A DNA stretch of 64,000 nt from Candidatus Hydrogenedentota bacterium (GTDB lineage Bacteria > Hydrogenedentota > Hydrogenedentia > Hydrogenedentales > SLHB01), in contig CAVUWV010000023.1 of assembly GCA_963745075.1 (NCBI GenBank), positions 40,618 through 104,617 of the forward strand, read 5' to 3'. Each line of letters begins with the position of its first letter. Within the stretch, counting starts at the first letter, position 1. The translations under genes were made by a program, and so were the position numbers. The notes below the pieces were generated by a model. That model did no database searches and was not told the DNA's origin. It was given only the letters and a program-made list of their open reading frames with translations. Below, piece by piece: positions 19,737-28,774 of this stretch.

Positions 19737-21083
19737 ATGAAATCCTTCCATCGATCACGTGGACTATGTCTGGTCCTCGCCGTGGGGACAATCGCGGGCC
19801 TACTCGGGGTGGGTTGTCCTCGTCCGGAGGAAGACCGCGCGCTGGAACTCGACTTGGTTGTGGCGGACGCGGGGCTCGCGCCGGACTTGAAGAACGACGT
19901 GGATTCGCCGTTCAACTATGCGCGAATCCTGGTCTATCAAGATGTTCTTCGCGAAGACAGCCAACAGGAACCGGATCTGGTGCTGAGCGGGGAAACTATC
20001 CCCGAACTTCAGCACCCGGTCAGCATCGTCGTCGACTTCGGTGCACTTTACGTGTGTGACGATGTCTACGGCGCCGTCTTGTGCTGGCAGAACCTTCTCC
20101 GCTATGTCCACGGGCACGAAGACAATCTATCGCCCGACATTGTCTTCGATGGGAACGGCGCAGTTGGAGAACCCGTGGACGTCGTGTCGGACTTTCGGGC
20201 GCTTTATGTGGCCGACTTGTCCCCGCAGAATACGAAAGAATGCTGCGGCGCGGTGCACATCTTCGTGGATGCGTTCTATCTTCACGCGGACCAAGCGCCC
20301 GACTACACGCTCACGGACCCATCGATACCGGTCAACCTTGCCCTCGGCGATGACCGGCTCTATGTGGCGGACGCGGGGTTGAGCCGCGTTCTGGTCTATG
20401 ACGTGTCGGGCATCCCGTATACAGACAAGGCGATTACTCCCGATTTCGTCGAATTGAGTGGACCCTCCTGGCGGGGGCTGGACTCCCAGGCCCCCATCAC
20501 CCCAACCGGGGTGGCGGTCTTCGACAACCGATTGTACGTAACCACATTGTCGAATATTCTTTTCACCTTCAGCCCGGCGGACAGTCTGCAGGATTACCAG
20601 GAGCCGGACGCCGTTATCGCGGAAACGAGCGGTGCGTTGGACGCACCGATGGCGATGGCCCAGGTGGGCGACCGGTTGTTTGTAGGCAATCAGAATATCC
20701 CGCCACTGATCGTAGGGAGGACGATTGGTGATGCGAAGGCCAACACGGTGGGCATGGTGGGATTCGACGTTTCGCAGGGTCTGGTCGATGGGCAACAACC
20801 GTCGATCGTGTTCGACACGTCAAACGCCCAAATCCCGGCCGTTCGCGAACTCTTTTCGACGTACGACGTGCTGGTCAGTGCCACGTCCGCTCCCGTGGAC
20901 ACCATCGTGCGCCTCCCGCTTGTGGACCCGCGTTATCCCGTGGGCGACGTTCACATCCTTCGGCATGCGGACAAACTGCATTCCGGAAGACCCGGCGATC
21001 TGGTGCTGCCCGCCCTTAAAGATTTTGTCGGTCCGTTGAGCATCGACGGCACATATTTTATCGAAGGGGCCTCGGCAAACTGA
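19737..21083 (+). CDS. Lipoprotein with NHL-like beta-propeller repeats
   Basis: AGGAG RBS, lipobox GVGC, repeated LYVAD/LYVCD/LFVGN blades with PD..L/I linkers. Confidence 0.75.
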   Translation: MKSFHRSRGLCLVLAVGTIAGLLGVGCPRPEEDRALELDLVVADAGLAPDLKNDVDSPFNYARILVYQDVLREDSQQEPDLVLSGETIPELQHPVSIVVDFGALYVCDDVYGAVLCWQNLLRYVHGHEDNLSPDIVFDGNGAVGEPVDVVSDFRALYVADLSPQNTKECCGAVHIFVDAFYLHADQAPDYTLTDPSIPVNLALGDDRLYVADAGLSRVLVYDVSGIPYTDKAITPDFVELSGPSWRGLDSQAPITPTGVAVFDNRLYVTTLSNILFTFSPADSLQDYQEPDAVIAETSGALDAPMAMAQVGDRLFVGNQNIPPLIVGRTIGDAKANTVGMVGFDVSQGLVDGQQPSIVFDTSNAQIPAVRELFSTYDVLVSATSAPVDTIVRLPLVDPRYPVGDVHILRHADKLHSGRPGDLVLPALKDFVGPLSIDGTYFIEGASAN

Positions 21084-21098
21084 TTTGGCCGGACCAAC

Positions 21099-24000
21099 TC
21101 ATTCCCTTGGCAGCCATTGCACGGCGTCGCCGACGACGTAGCCGTCCGTACCCTTGACGCTTACCTCGACCATGCCGTCGTTGGCCGCGGTGAAGGCGTA
21201 CACCCCAAGGGAAATGAACGGTGACAATTTCCCCTGTTTTGCGCGTTCGTTCACTGTGACCGTGACCGGACCGTCCGCCGTGTGAATGGTGACAGGCACG
21301 TTGGTGGCGCGGTTGGGGTCGGCGGAGTAGGAGAAGCGCACTTCGTATCTGCCCGCCTTGGGGAGTTCCGGCACGTAGCGCAAACGCGCGTCGTCCTGCT
21401 CAGCTTCGGCGAGTTCGTGGATGTAATCGTACCCGACGTAGGGGCCGACGGAGGTGCTGCGCCGCCATTGGCCGATCGGTTCGGCCTGGTTGTTGTCGAT
21501 GACGATGCCGTCCAACTCCGACACCTTCACGTAGGGCGCGCCCACATCGTCCGGACCGAGGATTTGATTCTGTTCGTGGAGTCGCGCTTGCAGTTCGTCG
21601 ATGGGCACGTCCTGCACGAAGACTTTGTCGCGGACCGCCAGCGCCGCCGCTACACCTGCCGCGTGGCCCATGATCATGTATTGCGGTTCCATACGAATCG
21701 ATGAATACGCCACGTGCGACGCGGAACAACACACCGGCACGATCAGGTTCGTTGCCTGATCGCGCTTCGGCACGAGGGCGCGATACGAAATCTCGTAGGG
21801 TTGCACCGGCACCTGCATGTCGCCTTCGTTGATGACCGAGGGTTCATCGCCCGGGAAATCATCCGGTCCGGCCAGAATCCGTTGCACGTGATGCGAATCC
21901 GAGTTGTACGACCCCATGCCGATGGAGTCGGGTTTCTCGCGATCGGTCTGGAGATCCTTTTGTTGCATGACGTACTCGCCGACCATGCGGCGCGCTTCGC
22001 GGATGTACATCTGGTGCGGCCAATGGTCGGTGTCCTGGAATTCGTCGGCGGACGGTCCCCACTGGTGGGCGTCCTGCTGCAACGGTTCCGGCACGCTCGG
22101 ATCGTTGGCGAGGAAGTAATAAAAGCCCTGGATATACCGGAGCGTCTCGTCCCAGATTTCTTTGCGGCGCTCGTAGGTACCTTCCGGATAGTCCCAACTC
22201 CCGCCGATATAGTCGGTGGATATGGGCCCCCGGTTGTTGACGTCCGTTTTGGCCTCGGGCATGGGACTCAGAATCATCACGTCGTTCATCAAGAGGTCCG
22301 GATTCGCCTGAAGGTATCGCTTCAACAATTCGTAGCGCGCGGGATCGTAGTCCTCGGGTTTGGGGAAGGGCAGCCGGTTCTCCGGACGATTCGTAAGGCA
22401 GAGTCGGAAATTGTAGGCCTGCACTTTGCGGTCGCCGTGCCCCGGCGCGCCGGAAGGCCCGCGATAGATCAATGGAAGGAGTTCGCCGTTCGCATTGTAA
22501 GGATCCAACGGCTCGGGAAACTGGTGTTTGGGACTGCGCGCGATGCGCCCCGCGAGGGATTCGCCGTATACGGCCTGACTCTCGCGGCCCCACGTGTACA
22601 GCACGCCCGCCCGATACATCAGGTCACCCTCGTAGGAGCAGTCCGTAAAGACCTTCGCTCGGTACACCGTGCCATCGTCCATGACCATCGCGGTGACTTG
22701 GGTTCCGTCCTTATCCACGGAATCGACGCGTTGGCCGAACACCACTCTCACGCCCGCCTCTTCGAGCCAGATGCGGAACTCCGCTTCGGCAACGTGCGGT
22801 TCGAAGAACCAGGAAATATCCTCGCCGTAGTGTTTGCCCAACCGCTCAAAGAAGTGCCGCGACATGCCGCCGATGACGCTTTGGTTGCCGTAGTCCGTGC
22901 GGCCCAGGCCGCCGGAGACCATGCCGCCGATATGCGCGCCGGGTTCGATAAGGATGACGTTCATACCCTCGTTCGCCGCGGCGATGGCCGTGATCGCGCC
23001 GCCCGCCGTGCCGCCGTAGACGACCACGTCGTAGGCCTCGCCTTCCGGTTCGGACCCATGCACACCCGCGCGCCAATTGCCGACGGCTTCGGAGGTGCGC
23101 AGGTAACGGTCGTACACGCGGAGCGATTCGATAGAGACACCGGTATAGTCTGCAAACCGGATCAATTTCGAGCCGTTGCAGTCGATCAACGCGGGATCGA
23201 TGCGGTACCAGCCCTGAGGCCTTGCATCGCGGCCGTCGCACAGCATGCCGTCCACGACGAAGGTGACGATGCGGGGACCACCGTCCGCCGTGATCGCGAC
23301 GTGGTGCAAGCCGGGTTCGGCCAGCACGTCCGGATCGCTCGCGTAGGATTGCGTCGTCGCGCCGTCGGATGCGGTCAATTGGAGGCCGCCATCCGGCGTT
23401 AGCGAAACCGTAAGACCGGCTCCATTCGCTTCGGTCGTTTCCAATAGCGCCTGTGCGGAAGGCGTTTCCTTTACTTCCAGCCAGAGCCCAATGGTGAAAC
23501 CGCCGCCGGGTTCCAGTTTCGGCAACTGCGCCATGGCGATATCCACGCCGGCTTTCACGTTGTCCCCATCCGCCGCCAGCACCAGGCCGTCTTTCGCGAT
23601 GCGCTTGTTGCGGTGCTGGTTCCACATGCCTTCGAGCAAGGTGCGGTCGAGTTTGTGGACGCGCGCGACGGACTTTTGCGTTTCCGTCACGTAGAATTCG
23701 CCGTCCAGTTCGACGAAGTCCGGATAACTCATCCGCACGGAGGGATTGTCGTCGTACAACACGATTTCCGGCTGCGACCAGTAGATCTGCCCGTCCTTTT
23801 CGACACCGCCGCACATCCACACCGGATTGCGCCCCTCGTAGGATTGGCCGCCGTGGTTGTGGAACCAATAAAGGTACTTGCCATTGGCGAACCGCCGCAC
23901 AAAGTTCGCCGCGCGCGGATGTTTAATTGTGCGCCCGCCGGGCGTGTAGGTCATGTATTCGGGCGGCGTCCAGGTATGCCCGCCGTCGCGGCTGTAGGCG

Positions 24001-24812
24001 TGGCAGGGGTGTCCGTCGACGGTGCGATACGTGCAGTACAACGAACCGTCGCGCAACGGCGTGAGATTGTGTTCCTCCGCGATGGGACCTTGAGGCGCAC
24101 GCAACCCCACGTCGCCGTCGGGTAGGGTTTCCCAGTGAATCTTCTCGGGATCCCACTCCGTGAGGATGTTGTCGCTTTTGAGGAAGATACCTTCCGAACG
24201 TTCGATGAAGCCCTGGCCGAAATTGCCGACCTTGGCCAACCCGATGTACGCTGCGCCGCCGAAAATCATCGGCTTGCCGACACCCCAGAAGAACTGCACG
24301 TCGCCGCCGTAAACGTTCTCCCGATCGATATCAAAAGTGCGGATGGGTATCCGGTAGCGCTTCTCCGACCACGTGTGCCCGCCATCGTCGGAGTACTTGA
24401 AGACGTACTGGCCCTGCGTGTCGACCCGTTTCGTGGTGCCGCCGTTGGACAGCTTCACCTCCCGCAGGTTGTCCGCGTTGTAATCGTAAAACGCGCAGAT
24501 GCGTCCGCCCACTTTCAAGGGCATCACCCACGACGCTTCCGGCGGCCCTTGCGGTTCGATGTCGATGAGTGGCCCCCAGGTGCGGCCCTTGTCCGCACTG
24601 ATGGTCGCGACCACGTGCTGCTTATCGTTCCCCTCCGCGCCGGGACCGGTCGTAAGCGTGCACACCCATTCCCCGAGATCGTTCATGACGATATAGGGCT
24701 GGTCGCAGTACCCCTCGCTGGGGATCTCGACCCCGTTGACGATATTCCGTGTATCAATTGCCGCGCCATTTACGGCAAGAATCAGTGCGATGCCCAGAAG
24801 CGAAAAAGCCAT
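21099..24812 (-). CDS. Secreted multidomain protein: BNR/sialidase-like propeller + LamG + FAD-dependent oxidoreductase + C-terminal xanthan-lyase/golvesin-like CBM
   Basis: Asp-boxes SADKGRTW, SDDGGHTW, SRDGGHTW; YDVVVYGGTAGG, D.SYEGDL, YIREARRM, SASHVAYSSIRMEP; GIVIDN...NRATNVPV...GYVVGDAVQW. Confidence 0.85.
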   Translation of the reverse strand: MAFSLLGIALILAVNGAAIDTRNIVNGVEIPSEGYCDQPYIVMNDLGEWVCTLTTGPGAEGNDKQHVVATISADKGRTWGPLIDIEPQGPPEASWVMPLKVGGRICAFYDYNADNLREVKLSNGGTTKRVDTQGQYVFKYSDDGGHTWSEKRYRIPIRTFDIDRENVYGGDVQFFWGVGKPMIFGGAAYIGLAKVGNFGQGFIERSEGIFLKSDNILTEWDPEKIHWETLPDGDVGLRAPQGPIAEEHNLTPLRDGSLYCTYRTVDGHPCHAYSRDGGHTWTPPEYMTYTPGGRTIKHPRAANFVRRFANGKYLYWFHNHGGQSYEGRNPVWMCGGVEKDGQIYWSQPEIVLYDDNPSVRMSYPDFVELDGEFYVTETQKSVARVHKLDRTLLEGMWNQHRNKRIAKDGLVLAADGDNVKAGVDIAMAQLPKLEPGGGFTIGLWLEVKETPSAQALLETTEANGAGLTVSLTPDGGLQLTASDGATTQSYASDPDVLAEPGLHHVAITADGGPRIVTFVVDGMLCDGRDARPQGWYRIDPALIDCNGSKLIRFADYTGVSIESLRVYDRYLRTSEAVGNWRAGVHGSEPEGEAYDVVVYGGTAGGAITAIAAANEGMNVILIEPGAHIGGMVSGGLGRTDYGNQSVIGGMSRHFFERLGKHYGEDISWFFEPHVAEAEFRIWLEEAGVRVVFGQRVDSVDKDGTQVTAMVMDDGTVYRAKVFTDCSYEGDLMYRAGVLYTWGRESQAVYGESLAGRIARSPKHQFPEPLDPYNANGELLPLIYRGPSGAPGHGDRKVQAYNFRLCLTNRPENRLPFPKPEDYDPARYELLKRYLQANPDLLMNDVMILSPMPEAKTDVNNRGPISTDYIGGSWDYPEGTYERRKEIWDETLRYIQGFYYFLANDPSVPEPLQQDAHQWGPSADEFQDTDHWPHQMYIREARRMVGEYVMQQKDLQTDREKPDSIGMGSYNSDSHHVQRILAGPDDFPGDEPSVINEGDMQVPVQPYEISYRALVPKRDQATNLIVPVCCSASHVAYSSIRMEPQYMIMGHAAGVAAALAVRDKVFVQDVPIDELQARLHEQNQILGPDDVGAPYVKVSELDGIVIDNNQAEPIGQWRRSTSVGPYVGYDYIHELAEAEQDDARLRYVPELPKAGRYEVRFSYSADPNRATNVPVTIHTADGPVTVTVNERAKQGKLSPFISLGVYAFTAANDGMVEVSVKGTDGYVVGDAVQWLPRE

Positions 24813-24880
24813 GGAACGGAGACTCCTCAAGAATGGTTACGATCATTGCGTTACGCGAAAATAAGGTGACCAGCAGAGTA

Positions 24881-25147
24881 TCAACCCCCCGGGCACCGCT
24901 CCGCGCCGCTCCCAATTCGGACCATTTCGGTGACGTCAACGAAATGGTCCTCGACCCGGTGTCCGCTGTTGAAACAAGCCAACTTAGCCTTCTCGACGAC
25001 CCCCTCGAAATTGCGATAGTCTCCATACTCCAATACGGCGGCGAACTCCCGGCTGGACCAGAATTCCGCGCCGGACTCATTCGTCCGTTTGATGCGCTCA
25101 AAAGGCGATACGTGGCCCTGGGAAGTCTTCTGAATGTCTTTGCCCAT
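24881..25147 (-). pseudogene. dinD: Truncated DNA-damage-inducible protein D (Bro-N region only)
   Basis: SPFERIK.....G.EFWSSRE...VLEY..YRNF..VV.KAK.AC.NSG..V.DHFVDVTEMV.IGSGA.R, then a stop at ~88 aa; full DinD is much longer. Confidence 0.75.
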
Positions 25148-25364
25148 TTTCGAGTCCCCCTTTCGGCGTTTATCAACCGGCTCTGACATCTTGCAGTGTC
25201 TGGCGAAAGACCACTCCGGGTCGGCTCAATGTGCTTACCCTAAGGGTGGAAGAATACCAGTCTTGGTCCGGATTGCGCGACTTCGAACCTAGAATTGATA
25301 CTATGGACCGGAATACCAGCGAAGTCGAAGAGCACCAACGATGGGAGCTTAAACGATGCATGCA

Positions 25365-26723
25365 ATGAATCGCAGGACTTTTCTCACGAGTGTGGCCGGC
25401 GGTGCGGCGTTGGCCGCGTCGAGTTGTTTCGGGGGAGCGGTAGTTCCGCGGATGGCGGCAGGACGGCCGAACATCATTCTCGCCATGACCGACGACCAAG
25501 GCTGGGGCGACACGGGTTATAACGGTCACCCTGTGGTGAAAACACCGACGATGGACGCCATGGCGGAAACGGGGCTGCGGTTCGAGCGGTTTTACAGTGG
25601 CGCGCCGGTCTGCTCCCCCACGCGCGGGAGCTGTCTCACGGGACGCCACCCCTACCGCTACGGCATCTTCGGGGCAAACAGCGCCAAGGATGCGACTTCG
25701 TCGTCGAAGTACGCCCTTCCGCGTGAGGAAATCACGCTGGCCGAGGTGCTCCTGGCTCAAGGGTACGCCACGGGGCATTTCGGCAAGTGGCACCTCGGCG
25801 ACTTCAGCGGGCCCAAGCGGTCGTCACCTGCGGACAACGGGTTCCAAGAGTCTTTCTCGACGATCCGCAAAGTAGCGACATACAATCCGACGGACTACTT
25901 CTTGAACGGCGAACCCTATACGGAGCCGCTGGAGGGCGACGACTCGGCCATTATCATGGACCGCGTAATTCCGTTTATTCGCGATGCCGTGGCGAAGGAC
26001 CAACCGTTTTTCACCGTCATCTGGTTTCACGCCCCGCACAATCCCGTAATTGCGGCGCCGGAATACCTGGCCCGGTACGCGGACCATCCCGAAAAGGAAC
26101 AGAACTACTGGGGCACGATCACAGCGGCCGACGAGCAACTGGGCCGGTTGCGCAACGAATTGCGCGCGTTGAATGTTGCGGATGATACGATGCTCTGGTT
26201 CTGCAGCGACAATGGCCCCGCCGGGGACCCGACCTACGGCGCCGGTTCCACGAAGGGTTTGCGGGGCCGCAAGGGTGAGATTTACGAAGGCGGTGTGCGG
26301 GTGCCGGGACTGCTTGAATGGCCCTCGCGCGTCGCCGAAGCCCGGACGATCGGCATGCCCTGTTCGACATCCGACTATCTTCCCACGATTCTCGAGCTGC
26401 TGCACCTGCAACCCACCGACAACCGGCCGCTGGACGGGATCAGTCTGGCGCCGCTAGTCGGCAGCGAACACGGGGAATGGGAACGGGCCATCGGCTTCGA
26501 GCATAATGAAAAGACCGCATGGATCGACGGGCGATTCAAGCTGATCGCGACGATCGACGGCGAGAACCTGACCGCGCCGGAACTGTATGACCTGATTAAC
26601 GATCCCGACGAGAGCGATAATACCGCGGGCAACGACCCGGTGCGCGTTGGGTCCATGCTGGAAAGCCTGCGGGCGTGGCGGGCGTCCTGCACGCGAAGCC
26701 GAGACGGCGCGGATTACGCTTAG
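25365..26723 (+). CDS. Sulfatase (formylglycine-dependent), Tat-exported
   Basis: RRTFL Tat motif; PNIIL.MTDDQGWGD, CSPTRGSCLTGR, GKWHLG, RG.KG..YEGGVRVP. Confidence 0.93.
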   Translation: MNRRTFLTSVAGGAALAASSCFGGAVVPRMAAGRPNIILAMTDDQGWGDTGYNGHPVVKTPTMDAMAETGLRFERFYSGAPVCSPTRGSCLTGRHPYRYGIFGANSAKDATSSSKYALPREEITLAEVLLAQGYATGHFGKWHLGDFSGPKRSSPADNGFQESFSTIRKVATYNPTDYFLNGEPYTEPLEGDDSAIIMDRVIPFIRDAVAKDQPFFTVIWFHAPHNPVIAAPEYLARYADHPEKEQNYWGTITAADEQLGRLRNELRALNVADDTMLWFCSDNGPAGDPTYGAGSTKGLRGRKGEIYEGGVRVPGLLEWPSRVAEARTIGMPCSTSDYLPTILELLHLQPTDNRPLDGISLAPLVGSEHGEWERAIGFEHNEKTAWIDGRFKLIATIDGENLTAPELYDLINDPDESDNTAGNDPVRVGSMLESLRAWRASCTRSRDGADYA

Positions 26724-27078
26724 TTCGGACCGCGTAATCCAAAGCGCGCACCCGTGCGTTATCGATCCGCCTGCTTTCGGCTTATTCTGGTCGAGGTGTA
26801 AGGGGAGGCTGTGTAAGGTTTTGCGGTGAAATTGGGCACGCCGCGCCGGCGTAACGCGATCTGCCGCGGTGGGCTGGCCAAGCGTCCGTCTGCCGTGCGT
26901 GAATACTCCTTGAATTCCGTCGTCTACAGCGCGGACGGATTGCAGTGTCCCTGAAAATCGCAAACCGTGACATATTGCACGAATTTCCATTTTAGGGTAT
27001 ACTAGGGCGTCCGTCGGTGAAGGTGCCTTTCGGAATTTGACCGAGAATTGAGAAGTGACAGGGCGCCTAAGCACCCTA

Positions 27079-27107
27079 TTGACGGATTTCGAGTGCCATG
27101 CTAGTAT
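27079..27107 (+). promoter_or_regulatory. Sigma70-type promoter upstream of a structured leader and small ORF
   Basis: TTGACG-N17-TAGTAT with extended -10 TG. Confidence 0.6.
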
Positions 27108-27241
27108 AAACGGGCAAGTACGAGTTATGCCTGATTTTGGTAGTTTTCTCTGAACGGTGCAGTTCCGCCCCCTTACGTGGGTGGCAAGAGTGGTCAGCTA
27201 CTCGTAATCAGCCCTTAACCTACCTTGAGGAGATGCCAACA

Positions 27242-27430
27242 GTGGCCGTCTATCAATACACCGGGATCCTCGTGAATGACAACGACCGTGTAGAATCCGG
27301 AGCCGTCTTGGCGGAATCGGAAGAAGCGGCGCGCGAAAAGTTGCGCAAATATCGCGTCGAAAAAGTGAAATTGGAAAAGATTGTGGGGCCTTCGGGCTTC
27401 TTTATGGGTTTTACTGCGAACGTGAAGTAG
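27242..27430 (+). CDS. Small protein resembling the N-terminal cytoplasmic segment of PilC/GspF
   Basis: GAGGAG RBS; MAVYQYTG.......VESG.V.AESEEAAREKLR mirrors the PilC/GspF N-terminus; ends at 62 aa with no TM helix. Confidence 0.6.
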   Translation: MAVYQYTGILVNDNDRVESGAVLAESEEAAREKLRKYRVEKVKLEKIVGPSGFFMGFTANVK

Positions 27431-27434
27431 CTTT

Positions 27435-27476
27435 CCGGCGGGCCGGGCGGAGACTTCCGCCCGGCTTGCCCACCGT
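27435..27476. terminator. GC-rich hairpin between convergent small genes
   Basis: GGCGGGCCGGGCGGA-GACT-TCCGCCCGGCTTGCC stem-loop between stops at 27430 and 27478. Confidence 0.55.
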
Positions 27477-27477
27477 C

Positions 27478-27711
27478 TTAACCAAGGCGGTTCAGCGTCC
27501 CCGAAGTCTGGGACTCGTCGATCATCTTCAGCATATCCTTCATTAAACTGTTGTATTTCAAGAACATGCATTTCGTGAAAAGGTGACACGTGTCACACTC
27601 TTTCAGCTTTTCCTCGTCCACCCGCAGGTAGTGCTGCTTGGAATGGTCGCGAAATCGGATCGTCATATTCGCGAGCTGTCCAAAGCACTCTTTCATGGGT
27701 TGCTCCGCCAT
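27478..27711 (-). CDS. Small four-cysteine protein (C-x29-C-x2-C-x5-C)
   Basis: AAGGAG RBS; ECFG...ECDTCHLFTKC; directly downstream of comF. Confidence 0.65.
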   Translation of the reverse strand: MAEQPMKECFGQLANMTIRFRDHSKQHYLRVDEEKLKECDTCHLFTKCMFLKYNSLMKDMLKMIDESQTSGTLNRLG

Positions 27712-27762
27712 TCAAAGACTCCTTTCTTCCGTCCATCGCGTGGAACCTGATGCGAGACGCGC

Positions 27763-28542
27763 CTACTTCGATTGTGCATGGAGGTTGTGGGGCATGGCAA
27801 GTGCGGCGGCGAGGACATCCACCACGGCGACTCCGGCGGCGCGCAAGACAGAGGCGCATTCGGAAACTGTCCCGCCGGTGGTAACCACGTCATCCACCAG
27901 GAGTACCGCCTTCTTCGCCAAGTGGGCGCCGTCTTCCACGGCGAATGCGCCCCGCACGTTTTCACGCCGTTCGGCTTCGCTGTGCAATCGGCTCTGGACC
28001 CGCGTGGGCCGGATGCGCCGGAGCGACCCGTCGAGCGCGGCGTTGGGAAGAACCGGGAGCACTTCGCGGGCGAGGAGCAGTGACTGATTGAACCCGCGCT
28101 CCCGGTAACGCACCCTGTGGAGCGGCACGGGAATCACGTAGTCGTAGGCGTCGCAATCGAGTTCGCGCGCCGCCACGTCCGCCATCAATTCTCCCAGCGG
28201 TCCCGCCAATCGCGGTTTGTCGTTGAACTTGAACAATTTGACCGCGCTTTCGATCGCGTCCTCGTAAATCGCCGCCCCCAGAATCCGGCGATACGGTCGC
28301 TCCACCGTCGCCGAACTGCACGGTCCGCACCGGAAGTTACTCCGCGTCCCCAGGCCCACCCCTGCCGGATGCGGCCGCCCGCACACCGGGCAAAAAGGCC
28401 GCTCGATCCGCGGACTCATCTCCCAGCAATTCGGGCAAAAATAGCCGTTCTCCTCGGTGAGGATACGTTCCCCGCACTGCTTGCAGTAGATCGGGAGCAG
28501 GAGATTGCGGATTGCCAGGGTCCAGTCGTTGGAGAATTGCAT
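27763..28542 (-). CDS. comF: ComF family protein (double zinc ribbon + PRTase)
   Basis: CKQC, CPNC, CPVC, CGPC; PVPLH..R..ERGFNQ; R..NVRGAF; LLVDDVVTTGGT. Confidence 0.93.
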   Translation of the reverse strand: MQFSNDWTLAIRNLLLPIYCKQCGERILTEENGYFCPNCWEMSPRIERPFCPVCGRPHPAGVGLGTRSNFRCGPCSSATVERPYRRILGAAIYEDAIESAVKLFKFNDKPRLAGPLGELMADVAARELDCDAYDYVIPVPLHRVRYRERGFNQSLLLAREVLPVLPNAALDGSLRRIRPTRVQSRLHSEAERRENVRGAFAVEDGAHLAKKAVLLVDDVVTTGGTVSECASVLRAAGVAVVDVLAAALAMPHNLHAQSK

Positions 28543-28611
28543 TGCGCGTCGCCTCATGTGGAAACTTCGCCGGTGCATTGTACCAAGAGAGCGTCGGCGG
28601 TCAAGCAGAGC

Positions 28612-28656
28612 TGGACGACATGGACCCCATGGACAGGATGGACGAAATCGACGAAG
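28612..28656. repeat. 9-nt periodic repeat TGGACnnnA x4-5
   Basis: TGGACGACA TGGACCCCA TGGACAGGA TGGACGAAA TCGACGAAG. Confidence 0.75.
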
Positions 28657-28774
28657 ACGGAACACGCGTGTAGCCGATCAATCTTCGTCGCGCGTTGAAC
28701 GTGCGCATAGAGGCTGTCCTGAAGGGGCTGCATATGGTAAAGTCCGTGGGTTCTGGTGGGGAGCGTCTCGCCCG

